From an uncultured Luminiphilus sp. (lineage in GTDB: Bacteria; Pseudomonadota; Gammaproteobacteria; Pseudomonadales; Halieaceae): 64,000 nucleotides of DNA. Position 1 is the stretch's first letter; each line of letters opens with the position of its first letter. Below, one piece after another: positions 16,473-25,930 of the stretch. The DNA lies in NCBI GenBank assembly GCA_943789245.1, contig CALSTK010000004.1, forward strand, positions 15,758 through 79,757, given 5' to 3'. A program made the translations under genes and the position numbers. Under the pieces are notes generated by a model. The model was not told the origin of the DNA. It was given only the letters and a program-made list of their open reading frames with translations, and did not search any database.

Positions 16473-18392
16473 ATGAGCTACAAAATTACGCGCAGGGATT
16501 TAGTCGGGAGCATCGCTATAGGAGCTGGAGGAATGCTTCTCGGAGGATGCGACAAAAAGTCGACTTCGCCGGTGGAAACAGCGGCACTTCCGGGCCCTCA
16601 ATCGAGAAACTTCTCTGGCTACTACCCACCCACAGAGACCGGTATGCGTGGCAGCCATGAGGGCTCCTACGAGGTCGCACATGCCCTGAGTTGGCGTGGA
16701 CAGAAACCAAGTGCTTATCGGGCACTGGACGAACACTACGACCTTGTCGTTGTGGGTGCAGGCATGAGCGGCTTAGCCGCTGCGCACTTCTTTCAGAAAA
16801 AGATGGGGCCGGATGCGCGGATTCTTATTTTGGACAACCACGACGATTTTGGCGGGCATGCAAAACGCAATGAGTTTCATCAAGACGGCCGAATGATGGT
16901 CAGTCTTGGCGGTGCTCAGAATATTGAGTGGCTATCTTACAGCGATGAAGCGGCCCAGCTAATGAGCGATATTGGTCTCAATGAGGATTTCCTTGACCTA
17001 ATGGCCGAGCGCACCGCCGCTGACTTGGCTCTGGTGGGGAATCTGGATGCCAACAACGGTGTGGCACTTCCTGGGGAGGCCGGTCATACCATGGTGAGTG
17101 GAAATTGGAATAACGTGATGTTTGGTGCGGACGGTTACGACGACGTCATTGCATCCCTTCCCCTACCAGAAGACGAGAAGAGGAAACTCACCGCGTTCTG
17201 GGGAGGCAAGCAAGATTTCCTGGATGAGCTATCCATGAGCGAGAAGTGGGACTACATCAACTCGGTAAGCTACAACCAATACCTGATCGATAAGGTGGGT
17301 TTGTTACCCTCTACCCTACCCATACTCAATGCAATCATCCTCCACCTCAGTGGCATGTCAGGTTGGAATTTAACAGTTGGAGAAGCCATCCTAGGCGGCG
17401 GAAGCGGTATCAAGTCAATGGGGTGGTTCGGTAAGGCCACAGCTAAAATAGGCGGCGCCTTTCTCGACAGTCTTCTGTATACACGAATGTTCCCTGACGG
17501 AAATGCGTCGGTAGCCCGCTTACTAGTCCGACACTTGATTCCCGAGGCGGCACCCGAGGCCACGGGCCCGGAAAATATCGTCGCAGCGCGATTCAACTAC
17601 GACGCGCTGGACCGGGAGAATCATCGGGTGCGGCTGCGTCTTAACAGTACGGTGGTTGGGGTCAGAGAATTACCTTCGTCGAGAGTGGAAGTGGACTATG
17701 TTGAGCGAGGAGAGGCCAAACGTGTCACCGCATCGCATTGCATCATGGCCTGTTATAACGGTCTCATCCCTGATATCTGCCCTGAAATGTCGGAGACACA
17801 AAAAGAGGGTCTGCGGTATGGCGTCAAAACCCCATTTGTCTACGCCAACGTGCAACTTCGTGATGGAGAGGCTTTTTCACAGGCGGGCGCCACGCTTTTT
17901 CAATGCCCTTACGACCCCTTTCAGTGGGTAAGCTGCGCGCCCACGGTGAGCGTAGGTGGCTATGAACCTCCACGGAGTCCCAGTGACCCTATGGTCATGT
18001 TTATGATGCATTCCCCAATGTCACAGGACGCACCCGACGCGGGCGTATCAGTACGAGATCAACTTCGGTTGGCTCGCACGCAGATATACAGCACACGTTT
18101 CGAGGACTACGAACAAAAGATCCGGGCTCAACTCCAATCGATGCTCGGGCAATATGGCTTTAATCATGCATCGGATATTCAGGCAATTACGGTCAACCGA
18201 ATACCCCACGGATACGCTTACCCCTACGTAAAGCTAGATGACCCCGACTGGGAGCCTGGACAGGCGCCTCATGAAATTGGTCGAGCACAATTTGGTCGTA
18301 TCTCTGTGGCCAACACAGACTCGGAAGCAATGCCGCTGATGGATGCGGCCTTCGACGCCGCCTATCGCGCTGTCGAAGAGCAGACGGTCTAA
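16473..18392 (+). CDS. SpdH-like (spermidine dehydrogenase family) Tat-exported FAD-dependent oxidoreductase, probable lipoprotein
   Basis: 639 aa with ITRRDLV plus LLGGC (Tat signal plus lipobox). Also MRGSHEGSYEVAHAL, the dinucleotide fold YDLVVVGAGMSGLAAA, and ILDNHDDFGGHAKRNEF, which is characteristic of proteins annotated as SpdH. Confidence 0.75.
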   Translation: MSYKITRRDLVGSIAIGAGGMLLGGCDKKSTSPVETAALPGPQSRNFSGYYPPTETGMRGSHEGSYEVAHALSWRGQKPSAYRALDEHYDLVVVGAGMSGLAAAHFFQKKMGPDARILILDNHDDFGGHAKRNEFHQDGRMMVSLGGAQNIEWLSYSDEAAQLMSDIGLNEDFLDLMAERTAADLALVGNLDANNGVALPGEAGHTMVSGNWNNVMFGADGYDDVIASLPLPEDEKRKLTAFWGGKQDFLDELSMSEKWDYINSVSYNQYLIDKVGLLPSTLPILNAIILHLSGMSGWNLTVGEAILGGGSGIKSMGWFGKATAKIGGAFLDSLLYTRMFPDGNASVARLLVRHLIPEAAPEATGPENIVAARFNYDALDRENHRVRLRLNSTVVGVRELPSSRVEVDYVERGEAKRVTASHCIMACYNGLIPDICPEMSETQKEGLRYGVKTPFVYANVQLRDGEAFSQAGATLFQCPYDPFQWVSCAPTVSVGGYEPPRSPSDPMVMFMMHSPMSQDAPDAGVSVRDQLRLARTQIYSTRFEDYEQKIRAQLQSMLGQYGFNHASDIQAITVNRIPHGYAYPYVKLDDPDWEPGQAPHEIGRAQFGRISVANTDSEAMPLMDAAFDAAYRAVEEQTV

Positions 18393-18431
18393 AAATGACC
18401 TAATCCGGTCTGCTACGGTCGGTTGTGTCTG

Positions 18432-19001
18432 TCACGCGCGTGAGTAGCGCTGGGCGACAAAACTTAGAATCACCTCGCGAACCGATGATCGGTCCGTCAT
18501 CCAGCGGCGACCTGCCCCCATGAATAATGATTCGCCCTCGATCATACTCATAATGGCCAATGCCTCTGATCGTGGCTGCTTGACACCGTAGGTCGCGATT
18601 TTCGTCTCCAAGATCAATAAGAACTTGGCGTAAACATCCTCGAGTAAGTCGGAAACGAGGGGCTCTACCTGCTCCATCGCCCACAATTGAGCCCAGAGAC
18701 GATCGCTAAACAACCCATCTAACGTGCCAACATGCTCATCGAGCATAAATTCAACCAAATCTCGAATGGAGGCATCATCACCGGACCAGCCACCTGACTC
18801 AAACGCCGAGGTAATTTCAGACTCAATGTAATGCACCAGCTCTGTCAGTAATATGTCCCAGGTTCGAAAGTGGTATTGCAGCGCACCTAGTTTCATTCCA
18901 CTCGCTCTTGCCAAGGCTCGCATGCTTAAACTGCCGTAACCCTCGTCGGCAATCAGCTCTATTGCGTGTCGCAAGATCTCGATCTTTTTATCGGCTGCCA
19001 T
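18432..19001 (-). CDS. TetR/AcrR-family transcriptional regulator
   Basis: 189 aa. The N-terminal HTH reads ILRHAIELIADEGYGSLSMRALARASGMKLGALQYHF. Confidence 0.85.
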   Translation of the reverse strand: MAADKKIEILRHAIELIADEGYGSLSMRALARASGMKLGALQYHFRTWDILLTELVHYIESEITSAFESGGWSGDDASIRDLVEFMLDEHVGTLDGLFSDRLWAQLWAMEQVEPLVSDLLEDVYAKFLLILETKIATYGVKQPRSEALAIMSMIEGESLFMGAGRRWMTDRSSVREVILSFVAQRYSRA

Positions 19002-19150
19002 AGGGTTTACCCAAAATGTTTTATGTCTTTAGAGTCGCTCAGCCCATTGTCAGTTGCCATACTTTTATTTCCAAGCTGGCTGATTAATGGCGTTTAAAAG
19101 CGCGTTACTGCTGCCTCGAAAAGGTAGCGCTCAAAACCCACAGGGCAGAG

Positions 19151-19621
19151 TCATGCTAGGTTTGCGAGGCTTATTGCTGTTTCGGACTTAACTTCTTCTA
19201 TTGCAACGTAAGTATGGGTTTGATCGATCAAAGGGATCATCGCTAGTTTCTCGCCTAAAAATCTTTGATAGTCCTGCATGTCTGAACAGCGGATCTTCAA
19301 TAGAAAATCAAACCCGCCAGCCACCATGTGACAGCTCTCGACTTCTCGCAGCGACCGCATCTCTCTTGAAAATTCACGCAGATTGGCGGTACTAGTATTG
19401 GTTAGATGTACCTGAATAAAGGCGACCGTCGAGGCGTTAAGCTTTTGGGGGTTGGCCAGCGCAACGTAGCCCAAAATGTAGCCCTCGCGCTCCAGCCGAC
19501 GAACACGATCTAGGCAAGGTGTAGGGCTAAGTCCCACTTGAGTCGCGAGCTTCACGTTTGATAGGCGGCCATCCTGCTGCAGGAGCTCAAGAATTTTGCG
19601 GTCTATGCGGTCTAATATCAT
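19151..19621 (-). CDS. Lrp/AsnC-family transcriptional regulator (PutR-like, divergent from putA)
   Basis: 156 aa with LDRIDRKILELLQQDGRLSNVKLATQVGLSPTPCLDRVRRLEREGYI and a C-terminal RAM domain. Confidence 0.9.
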   Translation of the reverse strand: MILDRIDRKILELLQQDGRLSNVKLATQVGLSPTPCLDRVRRLEREGYILGYVALANPQKLNASTVAFIQVHLTNTSTANLREFSREMRSLREVESCHMVAGGFDFLLKIRCSDMQDYQRFLGEKLAMIPLIDQTHTYVAIEEVKSETAISLANLA

Positions 19622-19761
19622 GCCGGGTATTATATCAGCATAAAATTTTATATTTTTATATTTTACAATATTTTATAGCGAACAAATGCCTATATAAGAG
19701 ACTAAAACTGCACATTATAGTGATAATTCAGAGTTAAATATCTTTTAGCGGGCAGGCTTTC
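19622..19761. promoter_or_regulatory. AT-rich divergent lrp/putA control region
   Basis: A 140-nt stretch much more AT-rich than its surroundings, with reiterated TTTATA/ATTTTA motifs of the kind bound by Lrp-type regulators. No individual site could be assigned. Confidence 0.4.
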
Positions 19762-22700
19762 ATGAAAGAAGAACTGAGGCACAACATACGGGCTCAAGCG
19801 CATGCAGACGAGGAGAGAGTGGTCAACCGCTTGTTGCAGGAAGACAGCCTAGATTCCGCGGCAAAAACCGCCATTAGCGACCAAGCGACCCTGCTGGTCG
19901 AGGGTTGTCGTCAGCGTAGCCATGAAGCAGGCACCCTAGATGCGTTCCTCCAAGAGTTTGGACTGTCAAACAAGGAAGGTGTCGCTCTCATGTGCCTCGC
20001 CGAAGCTTTGCTGCGTGTACCCGATGAAGCGACGGCCGATCAGATTATCGCAGAAAAGATCCGTTCAGGAGACTGGGGGTCTCATCAAGGCGCATCTTCA
20101 TCTCGCTTTGTGAATGCCTCCGTTTGGGGGCTCATGCTGACCGGACGTGTCGTGGCCGTGGGAAATGAGACCACCAAAGACCCGGACTCTTGGGTGCAAA
20201 CCCTCGCGAAAAAGTTGGGGGAACCTGTCGTCCGGCGGGCAATCCTGCAAGCCATGAAAATCATGGGAGGTCAGTATGTGTTGGGGCGCACGATTAAGGA
20301 GGCCATCCGTAAAGGTCGTGCAGCTAACAGCCCCAGCACCCGTTTTTCTTTCGATATGCTGGGCGAAGGCGCTCGCACCGCCATCGACGCGCAACGTTAT
20401 TTTGATGCCTATGCCGAGGCAATTCGTGTACTCGCGGACGCCAATACAGGGGGTGACATCACTCACGCAGACGGAATATCCATAAAGCTCTCTGCGCTAC
20501 ACCCACGGTATGCCTTCAGCCAATATAACCGTGTTATTTCAGAGCTACTGCCCCGGGTTAAGCAACTGGCCAAGATGGCAAGAGCGGGCGGTCTGAGCTT
20601 AACGATTGATGCTGAAGAGTCAGAGCGGCTGGATATTTCACTTAACCTTTTTGAAGCTCTGGCTCGAGACCCAGATCTCACCGCTTGGGACGGTTTGGGA
20701 TTTGTCCTACAGGCCTATCAGAAAAGAGCAGAAGCGACGTGCGACTGGCTTATTGCTCTAGCGAAGGAAACCGATCGGCGTTTGATGGTTCGGCTAGTAA
20801 AGGGCGCTTACTGGGACAGGGAGATCAAGCACGCACAGGAGTTGGGACTACCCGATTACCCGGTATTTACTCGAAAATGCAACACCGACCTTTCTTACCA
20901 AATTTGCGCGGCAAAACTGCTGGGTGCGGCTGGTGCTGTATTTCCACAGTTCGCTACCCATAACGCGCATACCATCTCAATGATCAAAGCGCTGGCCCAG
21001 GGCGACAGTGACTTTGAATTCCAGCGTTTGCACGGGATGGGTCAATTACTTTACGCCCAGCTGTCCAAGTCTGACGCAAGTACGCCAATCCGCGTTTATG
21101 CTCCCGTCGGCAATCACAAGGACCTACTGCCCTATCTCGTTAGACGGTTACTAGAAAATGGTGCCAACACCTCCTTTGTGAACCGATTTCTGGATGCGAG
21201 CGTGTCGGCGACCGACCTCAACCGAGACCCGGTCGAACAGGTACTCGCTGTGTCCCAGCGACGCCACTCCAAGATTCCTCTGCCAAGACACTTATACGCC
21301 CAAGAGTCCGCACCCTGGCTCAATGCAATGGGATTTGATTTGAACGACGCGTCGGTGGTCAGAGACCTCTTTTCGAGACTAACGTCACTGTCGCAAGACA
21401 CGGAAGCGAGACCGATTGTAGGTGGTCAGTCCTTAACGAGCGAACTAAGACCCGTTATTAATCCTGCCTCGGGCGAAACCGCCGGTTTCGTGGCATCAGC
21501 CAGCGCAGAAGAGCAGGACAAAGCAATCGAACTAGCCGTTTCCGCACAGCCCCTTTGGGATCTGCGCGGCGCTCATCATCGGGCCGAGTGTCTGGAGCGA
21601 GCAGCTGAGCTACTGGAGGCGCAAATACCGGACCTGATGGGAATCATCGTATCCGAGGCAGGCCGAACGCTTGAAGACGCACTCTCTGAAGTGCGCGAAG
21701 CGATCGATTTCTGCCGTTACTACGCACAACAGGCAAGGGAGAAATTTACCGATCCAATAAAACTTCCAGGCCCGACCGGAGAACTTAACGAGCTTAGTCT
21801 CCACGGAAGAGGCGTCTTTCTCTGTATTAGTCCTTGGAACTTCCCCCTAGCTATTTTCATGGGACAGGTGGGTGCTGCCCTCGTAGCCGGTAATGCGGTC
21901 GTAGCAAAACCTGCAGAACAAACTCCACTGATTGCTTTTCATGTAGTCAAATTATTGCATCAGGCCGGAATCCCCGAGGATATCCTGCATCTTCTGCCCG
22001 GTGGCAAAAGTGTGGGAGCTGCTCTGGTGGCTGATGACCGTATTGCAGGCGTGGCTTTTACGGGCAGCACAGAAACCGCGAAAGGCATCAATCGGCAACT
22101 CGCTGCCCGCGATGGTCCTATCATTCCACTCATCGCCGAAACCGGTGGGTTAAATGTAATGCTCGTGGATGCAACAGCGCTACCTGAGCAAGTTGTCGAT
22201 GACGTTATCGTTTCGGCATTTCAAAGCGCGGGGCAGCGCTGCAGTGCTCTGCGCGTACTTTATTTACAGGAGGACATTGCCGACGCAGTGATCGACATGC
22301 TTTGCGGAGCAACGCTGGAGCTCAAAGTTGGCGACCCAATGGAACTCAGAACCGATGTGGGACCTGTAATTGACACCGAGGCCCAGCAGCTTATCGAACA
22401 GCACACAAATAGAATGCGCCGGGAGGGGCGGCTTCTGTCGCAGGCTTCGCTCGACCCCAATTTAACCAGCGGTCACTTTGTTGCGCCGCAAATCTACGAA
22501 ATAGATCTCCTCGGCCAGTTAGAACGCGAAGTCTTCGGACCCATCTTGCATGTAATTCGATATAAGAGATCAGAGCTACGAGATGTGCTGGCCGATATCA
22601 GAGCGTCAGGCTATGGACTAACCCTGGGTATTCACAGCCGGATAGACGGCTTCGCCCAAATGGTATTTGAAAACACGCAAGTGGGTAACACCTATATCAA

Positions 22701-22881
22701 TCGCAATACCGTTGGCGCTGTCGTTGGAGTGAATCCTTTCGGAGGCCAAGGTTTGTCAGGCACCGGACCTAAAGCTGGCGGGCCTCACTACTTGCAGCGA
22801 TTTGTTTCAGAGAAAACGCGCACGGACAATGTGGTGGCCAAAGGCGGCAATACCGATCTATTTACGCTGTCGGAAGGTTAG
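19762..22881 (+). CDS. putA: bifunctional proline dehydrogenase / L-glutamate gamma-semialdehyde (P5C) dehydrogenase PutA (no RHH DNA-binding domain)
   Basis: 1039 aa. PRODH barrel segments are SFDMLGE, VRLVKGAYWD and LENGANTSFV. ALDH domain segments are FTGSTETA, IAETGGLN, GQRCSA and PFGGQGLSGTGPKAGGP. Confidence 0.95.
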   Translation: MKEELRHNIRAQAHADEERVVNRLLQEDSLDSAAKTAISDQATLLVEGCRQRSHEAGTLDAFLQEFGLSNKEGVALMCLAEALLRVPDEATADQIIAEKIRSGDWGSHQGASSSRFVNASVWGLMLTGRVVAVGNETTKDPDSWVQTLAKKLGEPVVRRAILQAMKIMGGQYVLGRTIKEAIRKGRAANSPSTRFSFDMLGEGARTAIDAQRYFDAYAEAIRVLADANTGGDITHADGISIKLSALHPRYAFSQYNRVISELLPRVKQLAKMARAGGLSLTIDAEESERLDISLNLFEALARDPDLTAWDGLGFVLQAYQKRAEATCDWLIALAKETDRRLMVRLVKGAYWDREIKHAQELGLPDYPVFTRKCNTDLSYQICAAKLLGAAGAVFPQFATHNAHTISMIKALAQGDSDFEFQRLHGMGQLLYAQLSKSDASTPIRVYAPVGNHKDLLPYLVRRLLENGANTSFVNRFLDASVSATDLNRDPVEQVLAVSQRRHSKIPLPRHLYAQESAPWLNAMGFDLNDASVVRDLFSRLTSLSQDTEARPIVGGQSLTSELRPVINPASGETAGFVASASAEEQDKAIELAVSAQPLWDLRGAHHRAECLERAAELLEAQIPDLMGIIVSEAGRTLEDALSEVREAIDFCRYYAQQAREKFTDPIKLPGPTGELNELSLHGRGVFLCISPWNFPLAIFMGQVGAALVAGNAVVAKPAEQTPLIAFHVVKLLHQAGIPEDILHLLPGGKSVGAALVADDRIAGVAFTGSTETAKGINRQLAARDGPIIPLIAETGGLNVMLVDATALPEQVVDDVIVSAFQSAGQRCSALRVLYLQEDIADAVIDMLCGATLELKVGDPMELRTDVGPVIDTEAQQLIEQHTNRMRREGRLLSQASLDPNLTSGHFVAPQIYEIDLLGQLEREVFGPILHVIRYKRSELRDVLADIRASGYGLTLGIHSRIDGFAQMVFENTQVGNTYINRNTVGAVVGVNPFGGQGLSGTGPKAGGPHYLQRFVSEKTRTDNVVAKGGNTDLFTLSEG

Positions 22882-23061
22882 GTTTGGCAAGATCGTGCAA
22901 ACCCTTTACCACAACGTCTTAGCCCGCTTATGTTCCGGTAAGAGGAGGAATTGCAACCCCTGAGCAACTGCAACAGCGAGGATATTATGGTGAGACTCGT
23001 TTGGCAGCACACGCACTGCAGCACGCTCGAAACATGATCGATGTTCGGCGACAAGCCGCTC

Positions 23062-23184
23062 GAGGTCGCCAGGCGAAAAACCCGACCTGATAAGCGTTTG
23101 TTCCGCCGCAGCAAAGTGAAGACGCCAGAAGGACTCAACCGCCAGAGGCAATGGCGATTGCAGATAATCAGCCTGGCCCTGCCA
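23062..23184 (+). repeat. decayed third copy (D) of the T-arm-derived element, including the 29-nt insertion
   Basis: GAGGTCGCCAGGCGAAAAACCCGACCTGATAAGCGTTTGTTCCGCCGCAGCAAAGTGAAGACGCC...CGCCAGAGGCAATGGCGATTGCAGATAATCAGCCTGGCCCTGCC aligns with 8115-8236 at about 80% identity by eye. The GCCAG...CTGGC pairing is retained, while the T-loop and the downstream terminator are degenerate. Confidence 0.5.
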
Positions 23185-23359
23185 AATCAAGGCCCTATCA
23201 AGCAAACCTCAAGCCAGAGTCTCTAGGGGTAATACAGTCGTCACAACGCGCTTTTTATTCTTAAATCTCACTGCGTTGAGCACACTTGACCAAAGACTTG
23301 TCTCACACCCCCATTAAGTGACACTGTAAGCAGCACCTCATAGCCACGGAATAAGACCC

Positions 23360-24242
23360 ATGAGCGATACCTATGAACCTCCCAAGGTCTGGGAGTGGAA
23401 GCAAAATAGTAATCAAGCCTTCGGGAACATCAACCGCCCTACGGCCGGTGCTCAGCAAGAAAAAGAATTGCCCCGTCGGCAAGCACCCACTTCAGCTTTA
23501 CTCCCTTGGCACCCCCAATGGCGTGAAAGTCACAATCATGCTCGAAGAACTCCTAGCAAAGGGACACAGCGGTGCCGAGTACGATGCGTGGCTGGTTAAT
23601 ATCGGCGATGGTTCGCAGTTTGGAAGTGGCTTCGTGGCGGCCAACCCCAACTCAAAGATTCCAGCGCTTGTTGACCACAGTGAGGAGGAGCCTTTAAGAG
23701 TATTCGAGTCAGGCTCGATTCTGCTCTACCTCGCCGATAAATTTGGTGAGTTCATACCCTCTGATCACGCCGGTAGAACCGAGTGTTTGAACTGGCTGTT
23801 CTGGCAAATGGGTGCAACACCACTATTAGGCGGTGGGTTTGGCCACTTCTACGCCTATGCACCTGTAAAGATCGAATACGCCATTGACCGCTACACAATG
23901 GAAGTTAAACGCCAGCTGGACCTTCTCGACAAGCGACTGGCGGACAACACCTATATTTGTGGTGACGAGTACACCATTGCCGATATGGCCATCTACCCTT
24001 GGTACGGCTCAGTGATTGAAGGGAAAGCCTACAATGCCGCCGAGTTTCTGGAGGCACACACCTATACCCACCTGGCTCGGTATGTGGCGGAGATCTCTCA
24101 GAGGCCTGCCGTGAAACGGGGTCGAATGGTGAACCGCCCGTATGGTGCCAAATCGTCGCAACTACTTGAGCGACACGACGCCAGCGACTTCGAGCTCCGC
24201 ACCCAAGACATACTTAATCCAGATCCGCCCGCGGAGGGCTAG
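23360..24242 (+). pseudogene. yghU: YghU-type (nu-class) glutathione S-transferase with a +1 frameshift in a C4 run
   Basis: Frame 1 (23360-) gives MSDTYEPPKVWEWKQNSNQAFGNINRPTAGAQQEKELP. Frame 2 (from ~23475) gives VGKHPLQLYSLGTPNGVKVTIMLEELL...GGGFGHFYAYAPVKIEYAIDRY...HDASDFE. Together they are collinear with E. coli YghU. Removing one C from the run at 23471-23474 restores ELPVGKHP. Confidence 0.75.
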
Positions 24243-24306
24243 ACTGCAACCGGTATTCGTAGCGTTTAGGTCGACAAAGCGCAGCCCACCTGCCGGCGCG
24301 ATCGGG

Positions 24307-25780
24307 CTAATAAAACTGGTATTCGCTTGGGTTTATGCGTCGAGTTCGACGCTTATACTCGAGCCACGGGCCGGGCCAATTATTAGTATTAAACCCGTCC
24401 TTTGTCACGTACCAGCTCTCGCATCCGCCCTGCGTCCACACACTTTTTGCGCTGCGCTCTTCCATCTCGTCTCGCCACTGGTCGAGCACTTCAGATTTCA
24501 AGTCAAGGTATCGGTGGTCACCTGCCTGCAGTCGATCGATCGCGTCAAGGATATAGTTGTACTGACATTCGTTAGAGTACGGGACGGAACCAGCCCCGTG
24601 ATTGGTATTTGGACCGTACATGATGAACATATTTGGAAACCCCGAAACTGTGGTTCCAAGATAAGCCTCCGGCCGATCGCCCCAGATTTCACTAAGTTCA
24701 CGACCCTCCAGACCAAAAATCTTCATCGGCGCCACAAAATCTAGGGGTTTAAATCCGGTGCCCCAAATAATCACATCTGCGGGTCGCTCCCGGCCTTCTC
24801 GGTCAACCAAACCATTGGATGTCACGCGGGGCGCATCACCATGAATGAGCTCAACGTTTGCGCGTTTCAGCGTGGGATACCAGTCGTTGGTGAATAAGGC
24901 GCGTTTACAACCGATATCATAATCAGGCGTCGCCTTGGCCTGTAGCTGCGGATGATCACCTAGCTCCTTTTTTCGGTAAGCATTCGCTGCTTTCATCATG
25001 GGTTTCAAGACCCAATGACGGCCGGTGAAGCCATAGGTCAAAAGCTCGAAGACCGAAAGAAAAAACAGTCGGCTCAAGCTGATACGAGCTGGAAAACGCC
25101 GAAAAAATCGCTTTTCCCACTCAGGGTACTCGCGGTCTAATTTATGCAAAATCCAGGGCGCTGATCGCTGATAAATATCCACCTGAGCAGCTTGTTTAGC
25201 CACCTCTGGAGTAAATTGAATCGCACTGGCACCCGTACCGACTACAGCCACACGTTTGCCACTTAAGTTCAAAGAATGATCCCAATTTGCCGAGTGGAAA
25301 CTGGGGCCTTCAAATTCAGTGCATGCCCTCGAGGTCTGGAATAGAAGGATTTGAGAGTTGCCCACAAGCAGAAATGAGAAAATCGAAATTTCGCACCTGT
25401 CCGTCACTGCTCGCAACGCGCCACGAGCCTATCTGAGCATCAAAATGAGCACTTTCAACGCCCGTGTTAAGCCTGAGGTATTGGCGAACGTTGAAGTCGT
25501 CAACAATATCATTCAGGTATTGCGCTATATCAGCTTGAGGCGCATACCGGCGCGACCACTGCGTCCCGGGGGCGAACGAAAAGGAGTAAACATGAGAGGG
25601 AACATCGCAAGCAGCACCCGGATATTGGTTGGAATGCCATACCCCGCCAACACCATCACTGCGTTCAAATAGGGTGATGTCCGTGATTCCCGCCTGTACA
25701 AGCCGAATGGCCGCACCAACCCCTCCGAATCCTGCTCCGACAATTGCGGCTGAAAACGAGCCATTGGATTGACCAACCAT
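24307..25780 (-). pseudogene. flavin-containing / Baeyer-Villiger-type monooxygenase split by a frameshift
   Basis: The N-terminal ORF (25316-25780) has AIVGAGFGGVGAA and the GGVWHSNQYPGAACDVPSHVYSFSF motif. The C-terminal ORF (24307-25416) has FEGPSFHSANWDH and a second GxGxxA (VAVVGTGASAIQ). The join ...IPDLEGMH*/EFEGPS lies near 25318. Confidence 0.7.
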
Positions 25781-25930
25781 CTAACACCTCCCTTCACTAA
25801 CGATTTCGTTTTTTATTTTTTGCAGCCTGCAGCTTCCGCAAGGCAAGCGGATGCAAGCATGCGCAGACGCCATCGTCATGTATTTAACGATCGCGCGATG
25901 ATGTCACCACCGATCCAGCCACTGGGTCCT

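Noticed and set aside
22878-23205. 86-aa and 99-aa minus-strand ORFs downstream of putA
   Set aside because: They overlap each other and the decayed repeat copy D. I recognise no protein family and see no RBS. They are treated as spurious, although the 22906-23040 part remains unexplained.
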